A stretch of DNA of 64,000 bases from a virus. Lineage: Duplodnaviria > Caudoviricetes. The position numbers were made by a program, and so were the translations under genes. The stretch is taken from positions 21,270 to 85,269 of the IMG/VR virus record IMGVR_UViG_3300025936_000002; one strand, written 5' to 3'. A model generated the notes under the pieces. The model ran no database searches and was not told the DNA's origin. It worked only from the letters and a program-made list of their open reading frames with translations. Shown here in pieces: positions 36,223 through 44,772 of the stretch (its first letter is position 1; each line of letters starts with the position of its first letter).

Positions 36223-36540
36223 GCTGATGACACCTTGGGTAGCTAAGTAGCTGAAAGGAGGGCCAAATTGAATTTGAAAGTTTGGTCCCTAGGACGCCTG
36301 AGAACGCTAACTATCTCGTGCACTTGCAACGATCACATCCCGGTTGCGCGGGTGGTTCGTTCTGGTTGGTCCTCGCTGACCCTGGCACTCTTGGTTGTCG
36401 TGGCAGCTACGTGGCAGGGGGAGGGGAAGCACCGACCACGTTTGTATTTACGGTTACATCTGTAAGGCTGCGCCGATGGATGTAACCCGGTCGCGCTGAG
36501 TGTTCCAGCGCGCCCTTACCGCGCTGATCTACGAGGCCCG

Positions 36541-36582
36541 AAAAACAAAGGGTCGCTTCATCGGAAGCGACCCTGTTTGTTT
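36541..36582. terminator. bidirectional intrinsic terminator
   Basis: 11-bp stem agggtcgcttc/gaagcgaccct, 4-nt loop, A-rich left flank and T-rich right flank, between convergent genes. Confidence 0.8.
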
Positions 36583-36662
36583 GATTAATTTGCGCTTCTA
36601 AGGGGAGCGCTACCCATTCATATCAGTATCGTGGTCTCGTGTGATGACGTTGTCAACACGCC

Positions 36663-37232
36663 TCACGTCATTCCCGCCCAACCAGCGATAACTCCAAACT
36701 TTTCTCGGGGTACAGCCTCGATCGAGGAACGGCCGTCGTTACCGCGACGCACAAGCCGAACCGACTGAGGGCTGACAGTTTGGACTCTGTCCAAGAACTT
36801 CGCCGAGTGGGTACAAACCACGACCTGCGCCCCCGGGTGATCGCCGTGCGGCTTCGACAGGTCGTGGACCGCCGCAACGAGGTTGCTGATGCTTGACGGG
36901 TGGACGCCGTTTTCGGGCTCTTCGACGCACAACAAACTGTGCGCCGTGGACCCGTAAACGAGCGACATATACGCGAGCAACAAGATCGTCCCATCGCTTT
37001 CAAGGTCTGCAGGAATAGGACTACCCGACGAGGACATAACTAGATTGATGCGCTTGCGAAGGTGCTCTCCCTCGGGACCCTCCATGCGCTCAAGCGGTAG
37101 AAGGATATCCGTCACATGCGGGCATGCAGCCCGGAAGCGATCGAGGAGGTAATCCCTGCGTCGATCGCAGGCGCTCCGACGGCGCCCTCTACTATGTAAA
37201 CAGAACGAAGAAGGCCGCAGCCATACGCGCAA
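36663..37232 (-). pseudogene. C-terminal half of an ABC/AAA_21-type ATPase, Walker A missing
   Basis: LESDGT (signature-like), LLCVEEPENGVHP (Walker B/D-loop), VVVCTHS (H-loop). Confidence 0.7.
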
Positions 37233-37554
37233 GACGCTTGGTTTGGGCTACGTTTACTCGCCGCACCAATTCCTCCGACATCTGTAGTCCGCAGCGTCCG
37301 TCTGGTAATAGATCGAATCGACCAATATAGCATCCATCTTGAGGCGGTAGGGCATTGAATCCTTGCATGAAGGCTTGCAAGACACCCTGCAGGCTTGGTT
37401 GATCGATCCACGTCGATGGATCTTCGGCTACCCATGTTGCGCCATCGCGTCTCTCTAGGTTGAAGTTGGAGGCTGCTTTGATGATGCGGTAGTCGCCGTG
37501 GATTTCACCGGGATGCCGCTGAATTTTGAGGGTTACGATTTGTTGCTTGGCCAT
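37192..37554 (-). CDS. hypothetical protein
   Basis: 120 aa, ends in TAG TAG. Confidence 0.55.
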   Translation of the reverse strand: MAKQQIVTLKIQRHPGEIHGDYRIIKAASNFNLERRDGATWVAEDPSTWIDQPSLQGVLQAFMQGFNALPPQDGCYIGRFDLLPDGRCGLQMSEELVRRVNVAQTKRLARMAAAFFVLFT

Positions 37555-37586
37555 TTCGAGCCCGAGTTTAACGCCTAGGCCTGTCG

Positions 37587-37595
37587 TGGTACGCT
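37587..37595 (+). promoter_or_regulatory. extended -10 TGGTACGCT
   Basis: 7 nt before ATG 37603. Confidence 0.65.
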
Positions 37596-37602
37596 CTTAG
37601 AC

Positions 37603-38145
37603 ATGGCGCTCGGCGTTGTTTTGACTCCCTACGGACACATCCCAGGATCGTTCCCGACAGCCGTAGACTTCGATCACAGAAGGGCCGAGACGTTCAGGTC
37701 TCCCTTCGATCCTAGGTGGTACGAGCGAGGCGAAGCCGGTATGTACTACGATACGCAGCTCGGAGCGACACCCACTGACTTCGAGCTCTCGCGGAAGATC
37801 GGCTTCATGCCGATCAAGACGGGATGGGTCGTCACGAAGCAGGGCTACCTACCCGGTCGGTGGTATCCCCCCGATGGGGGTTGGCCGGGCCAGCCGGCCC
37901 TCACTCGCTCCAAGGTGGTCCCCTTCGACCGCTACTCGCTGCGGGGGCTCGGCGAGCCCGAGCCTCAACCGATCCCACTACCGCCGCCTGCAACCGCGGA
38001 TGACGTCTTGGCCGTGATGGCAGCCCATAACGATCGCGTCTTCGCCTTGGCTTTGGTCTCCACCACAGCCGTGACCATCTCTGCCCTGATCACGCTTCTA
38101 CGGACGCTCAAGCTCCTACGAGAGGGTCGCTCACGTGGCGAATAA
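37603..38145 (+). CDS. tail-anchored protein with an LRGLG motif
   Basis: 180 aa; LRGLG, Pro linker, TM, basic tail. Confidence 0.75.
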   Translation: MALGVVLTPYGHIPGSFPTAVDFDHRRAETFRSPFDPRWYERGEAGMYYDTQLGATPTDFELSRKIGFMPIKTGWVVTKQGYLPGRWYPPDGGWPGQPALTRSKVVPFDRYSLRGLGEPEPQPIPLPPPATADDVLAVMAAHNDRVFALALVSTTAVTISALITLLRTLKLLREGRSRGE

Positions 38146-38400
38146 CTCAATTCCAGGACGCGAAATCAGTCGGCAAATCAAGGCCGAATACACGCTAATC
38201 GAGCACGCACCTGCCGGCCATCAAACCGAGGGCTGCAAATTCCTCGAGACCAGTTGCGTCGACAGTTGCCCCAGGATGTACCGCATCGACAACGCACATC
38301 CTAGCTTCGCAGAAGTCCAAGCTGGATTGGACTGCGGCGATCGATCGGTCATCTTTTGTTACCATCACGTTGACGCTCAAGCTCCTACGTGAGGGGTCGC
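38103..38400 (+). repeat. direct repeat pair (18 bp perfect, about 28 bp imperfect) 269 bp apart
   Basis: gacgctcaagctcctacg at 38103 and 38372. Confidence 0.9.
38135..38392 (+). CDS. hypothetical protein between the direct repeats
   Basis: 85-aa Cys/His-containing ORF. Confidence 0.5.
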   Translation: MANNSIPGREISRQIKAEYTLIEHAPAGHQTEGCKFLETSCVDSCPRMYRIDNAHPSFAEVQAGLDCGDRSVIFCYHHVDAQAPT

Positions 38401-39128
38401 GCTACAGAGTACCTGCATATCGGTCGAGACATATGGCCCGTAACAACGCGGGTATCGCAGGCGATCTTCCGTCCCTGCGCTTTCATCTGGCGGCAGAATT
38501 CAACATCTTCACTGCGGCCTTGCTGATTCGGTCCGGCCTCGACAAAACGAAACGAAGCCTCCCCGACGGCATGAAGGTTGATTGCCATAATCGCCGTTGC
38601 TGCGGCATCGATCGGGACAAGACCTCTAGGCTCGGGCTCTAGATCGATCTGTTCGATCGGCAGTAGCCAATTATCTGCTACACGCAGACGGTAAACCATT
38701 GGTAATGTCGCGTTGAGACGCCCAACGACAGGAGCTGCGACGACGTCGAAGCCTGCAGCATCGGCATCGTCGATCATGCTGAGAAGCGCCCAACCACCAG
38801 ATTGACCACTCAGGTCGCGTTGGACGAAGACGTCTGCGTCGAGCATCAGGAGCCAATCGGCATCAGCAGTCATGGCTGTAGCCAAGGCCATGTTCCTGGC
38901 GCGGTCGACAGGGTTGATATCCCACGTGTTGACTTGAATCAACCTGAAGCGCTCCTTGCGATCTTGTAGAGAGCCGCCGAGCGTGAGCCACATCAAGGCT
39001 TGGTTGGAGGTGACTTGACCGCCATAGGCGATCAAGGCGATAGCGAGATCGATACGCTGCGATTCCATTATCGTGTCTCCATAAGCATTTTGACCCATCC
39101 CAACGAAGGTCTGTAGTGCGCCGTGCAT
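38385..39128 (-). CDS. glycosyltransferase, GT-A fold (GT2-like)
   Basis: ADWLLMLDADVFV (DxD); RSEDVEFC...VVTGH. Confidence 0.85.
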   Translation of the reverse strand: MHGALQTFVGMGQNAYGDTIMESQRIDLAIALIAYGGQVTSNQALMWLTLGGSLQDRKERFRLIQVNTWDINPVDRARNMALATAMTADADWLLMLDADVFVQRDLSGQSGGWALLSMIDDADAAGFDVVAAPVVGRLNATLPMVYRLRVADNWLLPIEQIDLEPEPRGLVPIDAAATAIMAINLHAVGEASFRFVEAGPNQQGRSEDVEFCRQMKAQGRKIACDTRVVTGHMSRPICRYSVARPLT

Positions 39129-39295
39129 GAAGTGATCGCCCGCCGAAGATCGATAGCCAGTGTTTCAGCTTTTTCGCGACCTCGACGAAGATTTTCTCTG
39201 CGACGAGAATCTACTAGGGCCTCTGTAATAGCATAGTTAGCTCTACCTTGTAGTTCCCATGTAGGTTCGGTTACGTCCATATCGACGGCATCCAA
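39068..39295 (-). CDS. hypothetical protein
   Basis: 75-aa ORF; start uncertain. Confidence 0.35.
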   Translation of the reverse strand: MDAVDMDVTEPTWELQGRANYAITEALVDSRRRENLRRGREKAETLAIDLRRAITSCTAHYRPSLGWVKMLMETR

Positions 39296-39454
39296 CGTGC
39301 GTAGAGTGCCTTGAAAGCACTTTGTTTGCGCCGTAATCGCAAGCCGCCAAATGCGATCTCTATCGTCGCAATCAGTAGCTCGAATAGCCGCCGCAGTAGC
39401 ATAGATCCCGATGAGACCCGAACACGATCGATAGATTGATGTACTCGCGATCTG

Positions 39455-40016
39455 TCACAGCGCGGTTCCAACGAATGCATCTTTGACGATGCCAAACAAT
39501 TCTGCAGAGGACAACTGAAACCGATCGAAGCCATAATGAAAGTCTACTCCGCGTCGACAAACGCTGTTTGCATGAATCGCCGATTCCTGAATCTTACGTA
39601 TCACTGTGATGACTATACCGCTACAAGGTGTGTGATGATATTCGAGCGCCGGCATCGTGTACTCGTCGCCGGCTGAGTAGCGCTCCACGCCTCGCATGTA
39701 GACGTTGACGTCTGCGACCGGATAGCTCTCTCGGCCACCCTTGTCGCTGCGTGGTCCGTTGTGGCTGATCAGCACGTGGGATCCGGTGCCTGGCTTCACG
39801 ACCTCTAGATCGCATCGCTGGTTGACCTGGATGCCCTTTAGAACGCGCGAGGTGAACGAGAACCTGTGATTTGTGGATCGCCGAGTGCTCGTAGCAGTTT
39901 CGACGCGGCAAGTCAGGGTGCCACACGTGCAAGCGCTGATTGCCGTCGAGCTTGACTTGGATTAACCCAAGCCCATGGAGCGAGATCGTTTCAGCAGTAG
40001 GGGTGAAATCTTTCAT
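39455..40016 (-). pseudogene. cupin-like metalloprotein split by one extra base at 39870..39872
   Basis: Removing one A joins MKDFTP..HSAIH to NHRFSFTSRVLKG..EYHH in one frame. Confidence 0.7.
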
Positions 40017-40052
40017 TGCTGCACGATACCTCCCCTTGGTATAGCTGTGGCT

Positions 40053-40358
40053 ATGGCCACGGCTGCGCTCCCCACTTATAAAACGGCTGCCCACGTCCTC
40101 GAACGAGACAAGGGATCCGGTGTGCGGCTCCTGGGATGGACTGTGGCCCGAACGCTACTGATCGCTCCGCCGTTCATGGTCGTAGGCGTTCCTGCGAAGC
40201 AGGCCTTCATTGGGGCCGGAATCGCGAGTGGCTTGATCAGCTTGTTCACGCTGCTTCGCATCTTCGATGCGCGGCAGACTGGCTTAGCTGGACTCAGGCG
40301 ACCGCAGGCGGATCGCCACGGTCGCCGTCGTCTGCCCCCGCGTCCCGTCCGAAGGTAA
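40053..40358 (+). CDS. small membrane protein with a basic tail
   Basis: Two hydrophobic segments; LAGL then RRPQ..RRR. Confidence 0.65.
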   Translation: MATAALPTYKTAAHVLERDKGSGVRLLGWTVARTLLIAPPFMVVGVPAKQAFIGAGIASGLISLFTLLRIFDARQTGLAGLRRPQADRHGRRRLPPRPVRR

Positions 40359-40617
40359 ACCAGGCGAACGTCAAGAATAGGGCCGCCGGCCAAACGGCGC
40401 CCGCCGCGGCTCCAACAAGCATTCCAAGCGCCACCGAGAAGGCTAACGGCGCATGTTCTCGCCGCGCTGCGGTTGCTACGACAGCCCCCGCGACAAGGCT
40501 AGTTAGGCCTCCGATGATCGTATAGTTGTATGCCCCTACATCAGGACGTACGCCGAAGATCGAGCCGTAGACGGAGGCAGCTAGAATGCAGACGATGGCT
40601 ATAACCTTGAACCACAT
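40294..40617 (-). CDS. small three-TM membrane protein
   Basis: Three hydrophobic segments; TGCTAGCTT 7 nt upstream. Confidence 0.65.
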   Translation of the reverse strand: MWFKVIAIVCILAASVYGSIFGVRPDVGAYNYTIIGGLTSLVAGAVVATAARREHAPLAFSVALGMLVGAAAGAVWPAALFLTFAWFTFGRDAGADDGDRGDPPAVA

Positions 40618-40643
40618 GCAGCCAAAGCTAGCATCCTAGGCTG

Positions 40644-42650
40644 TCAAGCTCGCGCACGACCATTCTTGGCCGGCTTGGTTGACGGTTTGGCGCTCGGAGG
40701 TGGGGGCGTCTCCTCTTCTTCATCGCCGTTGTCATCGTCGTCATCCTCGTTCTCTTCCTGCGGCCCTCGCTTCAAGATCTCGACGACGCCATCTCGGTAC
40801 TTCTGTGGCGCATCGGGAACCAAGACGGAGACGAACTCGGCAAGGAGACCCTGACCAAGCAGCTCGATCATGGCCGGAATCGGGATCTGTCGTTGCTGCG
40901 CCATCGTCGCGGCGATGACGATTACCTCAGCTGCACGATCGGGATGGATCCCAGGGACGTCTGTCGTCTTCTCGACGATCTTGCCGCTGGAGAGCATCTC
41001 CTCGGCTGCGTGGACAAACTCGGCAACCCCCTTGCGGAGATCGAGGACATCATCCAACGCAGGCCCAAACCACTCTTCGTCAGTGCGACCCCACAGCCGC
41101 GTCGGCTTGGTCGGTGGTTGGGGTGTTGCCTTGGTTGGCTCGGTAGGCTCCATAACGGGCGGCCCCGCCAAGGCCGGCGGCTGCGGGAACGCTGCGGGGT
41201 TGGCCGCACGCGCCTGGACTTCCATCACGTGAGCCTGGGCTTGGGCGATCGTGGCCTGCGCCTGCGCTTGCGCCACGGCCTCCTTCTGCTTCGCACCCAC
41301 GAAGCGCTCGAGGAACTCCTTGACGTTGTCCATGCCCTTGGTCACGGCATCGATCACACCACCGCCTTGCGGTTGCGTGTTGAGGGCAGTCTCCAGCACG
41401 CGTTGCTGCATATCGAGGACCGTGCTCGTCATGCGCGTCGTCCGCTCGACGGCCTGCTCGACGCCTTGCTGGCTTTCGCGGGCGAGGGCAACCATCTCCC
41501 TCGGATTCATCATGAAGGCCTGGACGCGGGCCATGGCCGCGCTGTTTTCGCGAGCCATCTCCTTCAGAACCTCAGCGTGTTGCCGTTGATTCTCCGTCAT
41601 CAACGTGATGAACGGGTCGGCCTTGCTCGATGCATTTTGCATCTGCGTCATCATGTTCGTGATCATCGTCTGGAACTCACGTTGCATCGTCTCGATCTGG
41701 CGCTGAGTTGCCTCGTAGGCCCGCTTTGCCTCCTCGGCTTGGACGCGCATCTGCTCGCGGATCAAGGTCTCACGGCGTTCGGCCTCCTGCTCACGACGTT
41801 GGTTGTCTGTGTTGGTCTCGAGTCGACGATTGTGCTCCTTCAGCTCGTTGAACTGGGCTTGCATCGCGAGTAGCTCGGGCGATGGCCCCTTGGGTGTTGC
41901 AGCCTCTTTGAGGCTTGTCGCCAGGCTCGTCATCATCGCTTCAAGCCGCTGGAAACGATCGTTGTTTGCTAGCCGCTCGCGTTCGAGCTCGGCCTTGTGT
42001 CGAGTCTCCAACGTCTCTCGCTCACGTCGCTCGTTCTCGTCGCGGAGCTTCTTGAGCTCCAACTCACGTTCACGGCGATCTGCCTCAGCCTGCCAAAGCG
42101 TATATTGCTGCGATCCAACCTGTGGCGGTGGTGGCATTGGGTAGCCGCCGGGGGCAGTTGGCGCGAATGGCGGCTGCGGAAACATGGGCGGCATGCGAGA
42201 TCCCTGCGGTTGGGGGTTGGGGGCAGAAAAGATGGTTGTGGTCTCGGGATTCACCGCGTCTTGAAGCGGTGGAGGAATCGTCTCTGGATACGTGTTCGTC
42301 GGGTAGAATGGCCGCCAAGTCATCTTCTGCGGCTGCTCGGACGAATCGACGACGCTGATCTCATAAAGGCCGCCGCCTGACCACTGTGTGACGAGGTAGC
42401 CCTCCAAGCGTCGAATCTCTTCCTTCGTGAAGCCCTCACCATTCTCGTGATTCGAGTCGGAGGGCCAAACTGGAATCGGCGATCGTTGATTGTTCTTGAG
42501 CCGATCGATCCGAACAGTTAGCGGCTCGTTCATCGCCGCCAACTTCGCATCGTCGAACGTACCGTGGTTCTGCCGTGGTGCTGCAGCCATTGTTGGACGA
42601 TGGTGGTCACGCCTCCAAGACGTGTCAAATTTGACGGTTGTAATCGTCAT
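40644..42650 (-). CDS. large coiled-coil protein (putative scaffold/tape-measure-like)
   Basis: 668 aa: globular N-domain, Pro linker, long E/R/Q/M coiled coil, acidic then basic tail. Confidence 0.85.
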   Translation of the reverse strand: MTITTVKFDTSWRRDHHRPTMAAAPRQNHGTFDDAKLAAMNEPLTVRIDRLKNNQRSPIPVWPSDSNHENGEGFTKEEIRRLEGYLVTQWSGGGLYEISVVDSSEQPQKMTWRPFYPTNTYPETIPPPLQDAVNPETTTIFSAPNPQPQGSRMPPMFPQPPFAPTAPGGYPMPPPPQVGSQQYTLWQAEADRRERELELKKLRDENERRERETLETRHKAELERERLANNDRFQRLEAMMTSLATSLKEAATPKGPSPELLAMQAQFNELKEHNRRLETNTDNQRREQEAERRETLIREQMRVQAEEAKRAYEATQRQIETMQREFQTMITNMMTQMQNASSKADPFITLMTENQRQHAEVLKEMARENSAAMARVQAFMMNPREMVALARESQQGVEQAVERTTRMTSTVLDMQQRVLETALNTQPQGGGVIDAVTKGMDNVKEFLERFVGAKQKEAVAQAQAQATIAQAQAHVMEVQARAANPAAFPQPPALAGPPVMEPTEPTKATPQPPTKPTRLWGRTDEEWFGPALDDVLDLRKGVAEFVHAAEEMLSSGKIVEKTTDVPGIHPDRAAEVIVIAATMAQQRQIPIPAMIELLGQGLLAEFVSVLVPDAPQKYRDGVVEILKRGPQEENEDDDDDNGDEEEETPPPPSAKPSTKPAKNGRARA
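42624..42635. promoter_or_regulatory. 12-bp palindrome GTCAAATTTGAC
   Basis: Perfect palindrome near the divergence of 40644..42650 and 42672..43169. Confidence 0.35.
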
Positions 42651-42671
42651 GGGCTACTAAACAATGCTAGG

Positions 42672-43169
42672 ATGCCTCTACCAAGAGTTAAAAGCAGTCT
42701 TTTTGAGTCGTTACACGGCGTTCAGCAATCACGATTGCCTGATCGAACATTCGAGCGTGGCACCGGATGCTGGAATTGCATCCATGCCCAGAGCGCCGCG
42801 GACTTCTGGAACCAGCGACGGCAAGCCGTCTTGACCAAGGCAATGCAGATCTCGATCGAGTCGCCGAAGGGGGGTAACGATCCCGCCGCCAAACAACTGT
42901 GCTCGCGGGTCGATCAAATCGATCAAGCGGTTCAGCAACGAAAGCTGATTCGTTGTACGAAAGGCATCGTTGCGAACGGCAATCCAGTTGGCGACTTGGT
43001 TGCCGATGCCTTCATGTGCGAGCGCTGGACTGGGCGGGATGGCTCATCGCTAGCCAAGATCGAAGGCAAGGTAGATCTTCTGCCCGATGAGCTCCGTGAG
43101 CGGATCGACGGCCCAGACCCGATCGATCCAAACAAGATCAAGATCATCAAGTCGGAGGATCTATCATGA
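42672..43169 (+). CDS. hypothetical Cys-containing protein
   Basis: CWNCIH ... C ... MCERW. Confidence 0.7.
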   Translation: MPLPRVKSSLFESLHGVQQSRLPDRTFERGTGCWNCIHAQSAADFWNQRRQAVLTKAMQISIESPKGGNDPAAKQLCSRVDQIDQAVQQRKLIRCTKGIVANGNPVGDLVADAFMCERWTGRDGSSLAKIEGKVDLLPDELRERIDGPDPIDPNKIKIIKSEDLS

Positions 43170-43501
43170 TGGGGTTGATCGTCTATGGTTTGCTTTCGGC
43201 CGCAATGTTCTACCTGGGATCACGGGCTCTTGTTACTCAGAGCCTCTGGATCAAGTATCCGCCTTGGCTGGCGAAGTTCATGGACTGCTCTGCATGCACC
43301 GGCTTTTGGTGGGGCCTTGTTTGGGCTCTGACTGCCGGTCGATTGTTCATGATCGACGTTGGCCCCTTCGGGTTCGATCATCCAGCAACGCCCATCTTGG
43401 TTGGACTCTGCATGCTCGTCTTGACCCCGATGATCGCAGGCTTGATGCAGGCTGGGCTTGATCGCTTAGGCTCCGCCGTCGCTGTCCAAGATGATTTGTG
43501 A
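43166..43501 (+). CDS. membrane protein with a CxxC motif (DUF1360-like)
   Basis: Three TMs; MDCSACTGFW. Confidence 0.7.
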   Translation: MMGLIVYGLLSAAMFYLGSRALVTQSLWIKYPPWLAKFMDCSACTGFWWGLVWALTAGRLFMIDVGPFGFDHPATPILVGLCMLVLTPMIAGLMQAGLDRLGSAVAVQDDL

Positions 43502-43511
43502 CAGCGCGACT

Positions 43512-43520
43512 TGATAGGCT
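43512..43520 (+). promoter_or_regulatory. extended -10 TGATAGGCT
   Basis: 6 nt before GTG 43527. Confidence 0.65.
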
Positions 43521-43526
43521 GAATTC

Positions 43527-43967
43527 GTGCCACGAACCAAGCCAATAAAGAAGCAGACGACCAAGCAAGCCACTCCTCCAGCAACACTGGGAACATCGAT
43601 CGGCGATGCGCCGATGACGATCACCTTTGCCCAGATGCAAGAGATGCAGGCGGCGATCAAGGCGGCTAACGCCCACGCAGCTCAGCTGGAGGCTGAGCTT
43701 CACGTTGCGAGGGGTGCCGATCCGTCTGGTCGAGTCGAAAGCTTGAGGCGTTTGATCCGGGACGGCCTCATGCCGATCATGCGCTTTGCTATCGCGAATC
43801 TCCCTCCGGACGTCGTACGAAATTGGCCGCATTCCGCGTTGGAGGCCACAATAACTTTGATGTCAAATCTTCCGGACTTCTCAGAGGACGATCGCGTGTT
43901 GATCTGCGAATTAAGGGCCTTTATGGAGGAAGTCGCGGACGCCGATAGATACCGTCGTGGCCTCTAG
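43527..43967 (+). CDS. hypothetical coiled-coil protein
   Basis: 146-aa ORF. Confidence 0.65.
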   Translation: MPRTKPIKKQTTKQATPPATLGTSIGDAPMTITFAQMQEMQAAIKAANAHAAQLEAELHVARGADPSGRVESLRRLIRDGLMPIMRFAIANLPPDVVRNWPHSALEATITLMSNLPDFSEDDRVLICELRAFMEEVADADRYRRGL

Positions 43968-44206
43968 CGATTTGCAGTGTTCAGCGGTCTATAGTATCTA
44001 GATGACCAAGGGTCGAGTACGCTTAACCCTTCGGCGCCCCAGCGATGCCCCCGTCGTTGGGGCGCCCCACCGCTTGTCGTTGGGATCTGCCTACCGCCAT
44101 GGTGCGGCGCGAGATGCGCCGACGGGCTCGAGGGCCCCATGAAACAGCGGCAGGCAGGTCTCCTTTAATAGTCGATCTGTCATGGCGGCTTGATAGAGTT
44201 GCCCGG

Positions 44207-44482
44207 ATGAAGACATACAAGCTGACAAAGCACATTCAAGCTGTTCATTGGGATGGTCAGACCTTGGATACTATCTTGCCGCTGTTTCAAGGCCGCGAGC
44301 TCGTAGTCCATTGGACTCGAGCCGTTGAGGATCGGACAGTTACATTCCTTGTTGATGGCTACCACAAGCATTTGACGGCTGGAGATTGGCTCATCATGGG
44401 TGACAAGCTAGATGTAGCGAAGCATGTCGTTGACGAAGGTTGCGCCACAGCTACGTCCCTTGGTACATTAGTCGAATTGTGA
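44207..44482 (+). CDS. hypothetical protein
   Basis: AVHWDG...LTAGDWLI; TGATAGAGT 7 nt upstream. Confidence 0.6.
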   Translation: MKTYKLTKHIQAVHWDGQTLDTILPLFQGRELVVHWTRAVEDRTVTFLVDGYHKHLTAGDWLIMGDKLDVAKHVVDEGCATATSLGTLVEL

Positions 44483-44772
44483 GCGACGTAAACGATCTCC
44501 GCGCGGCTCTAGGTTTCCCTCCAGTCGCGCTTCCTGGCGTTCGCGCTCAGCCGCCGAACACGCCAGCCGGAACCCCAGGCAACGCCCCAATGTTGCCGAT
44601 ATCGACGCAGGCGCAACGAGCGCTCGGCTGCGTTGGTTGTAGCGGAGCCGTCGGGCTCGGCGTGGGCGATCTGACCTCGTGGTACGGCCGGATCCCGATG
44701 TGGCTCAAGATCAGCGTCGGGGTGCTGGGTTTGGTCGGGATCGGTTACGGCGTCTATCGCTTCGTTCGTTGA
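44479..44772 (+). CDS. small tail-anchored membrane protein
   Basis: CVGC, AVGLG, WYGRIPMWLK plus TM. Confidence 0.7.
   Translation: MSDVNDLRAALGFPPVALPGVRAQPPNTPAGTPGNAPMLPISTQAQRALGCVGCSGAVGLGVGDLTSWYGRIPMWLKISVGVLGLVGIGYGVYRFVR

Noticed and set aside
36224-36300. CTGATGA...GAAA resembling a hammerhead ribozyme core
   Set aside because: Stem II does not close (C opposite U), and stem I cannot form next to any UH triplet.
40893-41873. Long + strand ORFs here and at 4248..4963, 17617..18381, 22500..23502 and 47240..48524
   Set aside because: These are antisense shadows of well-supported minus-strand genes in high-GC DNA, with no motifs or start signals.
40644-42650. Caudoviricetes tail tape-measure protein or SMC
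   Set aside because: There are no adjacent tail genes, no TM or aromatic periodicity, and no Walker motifs.
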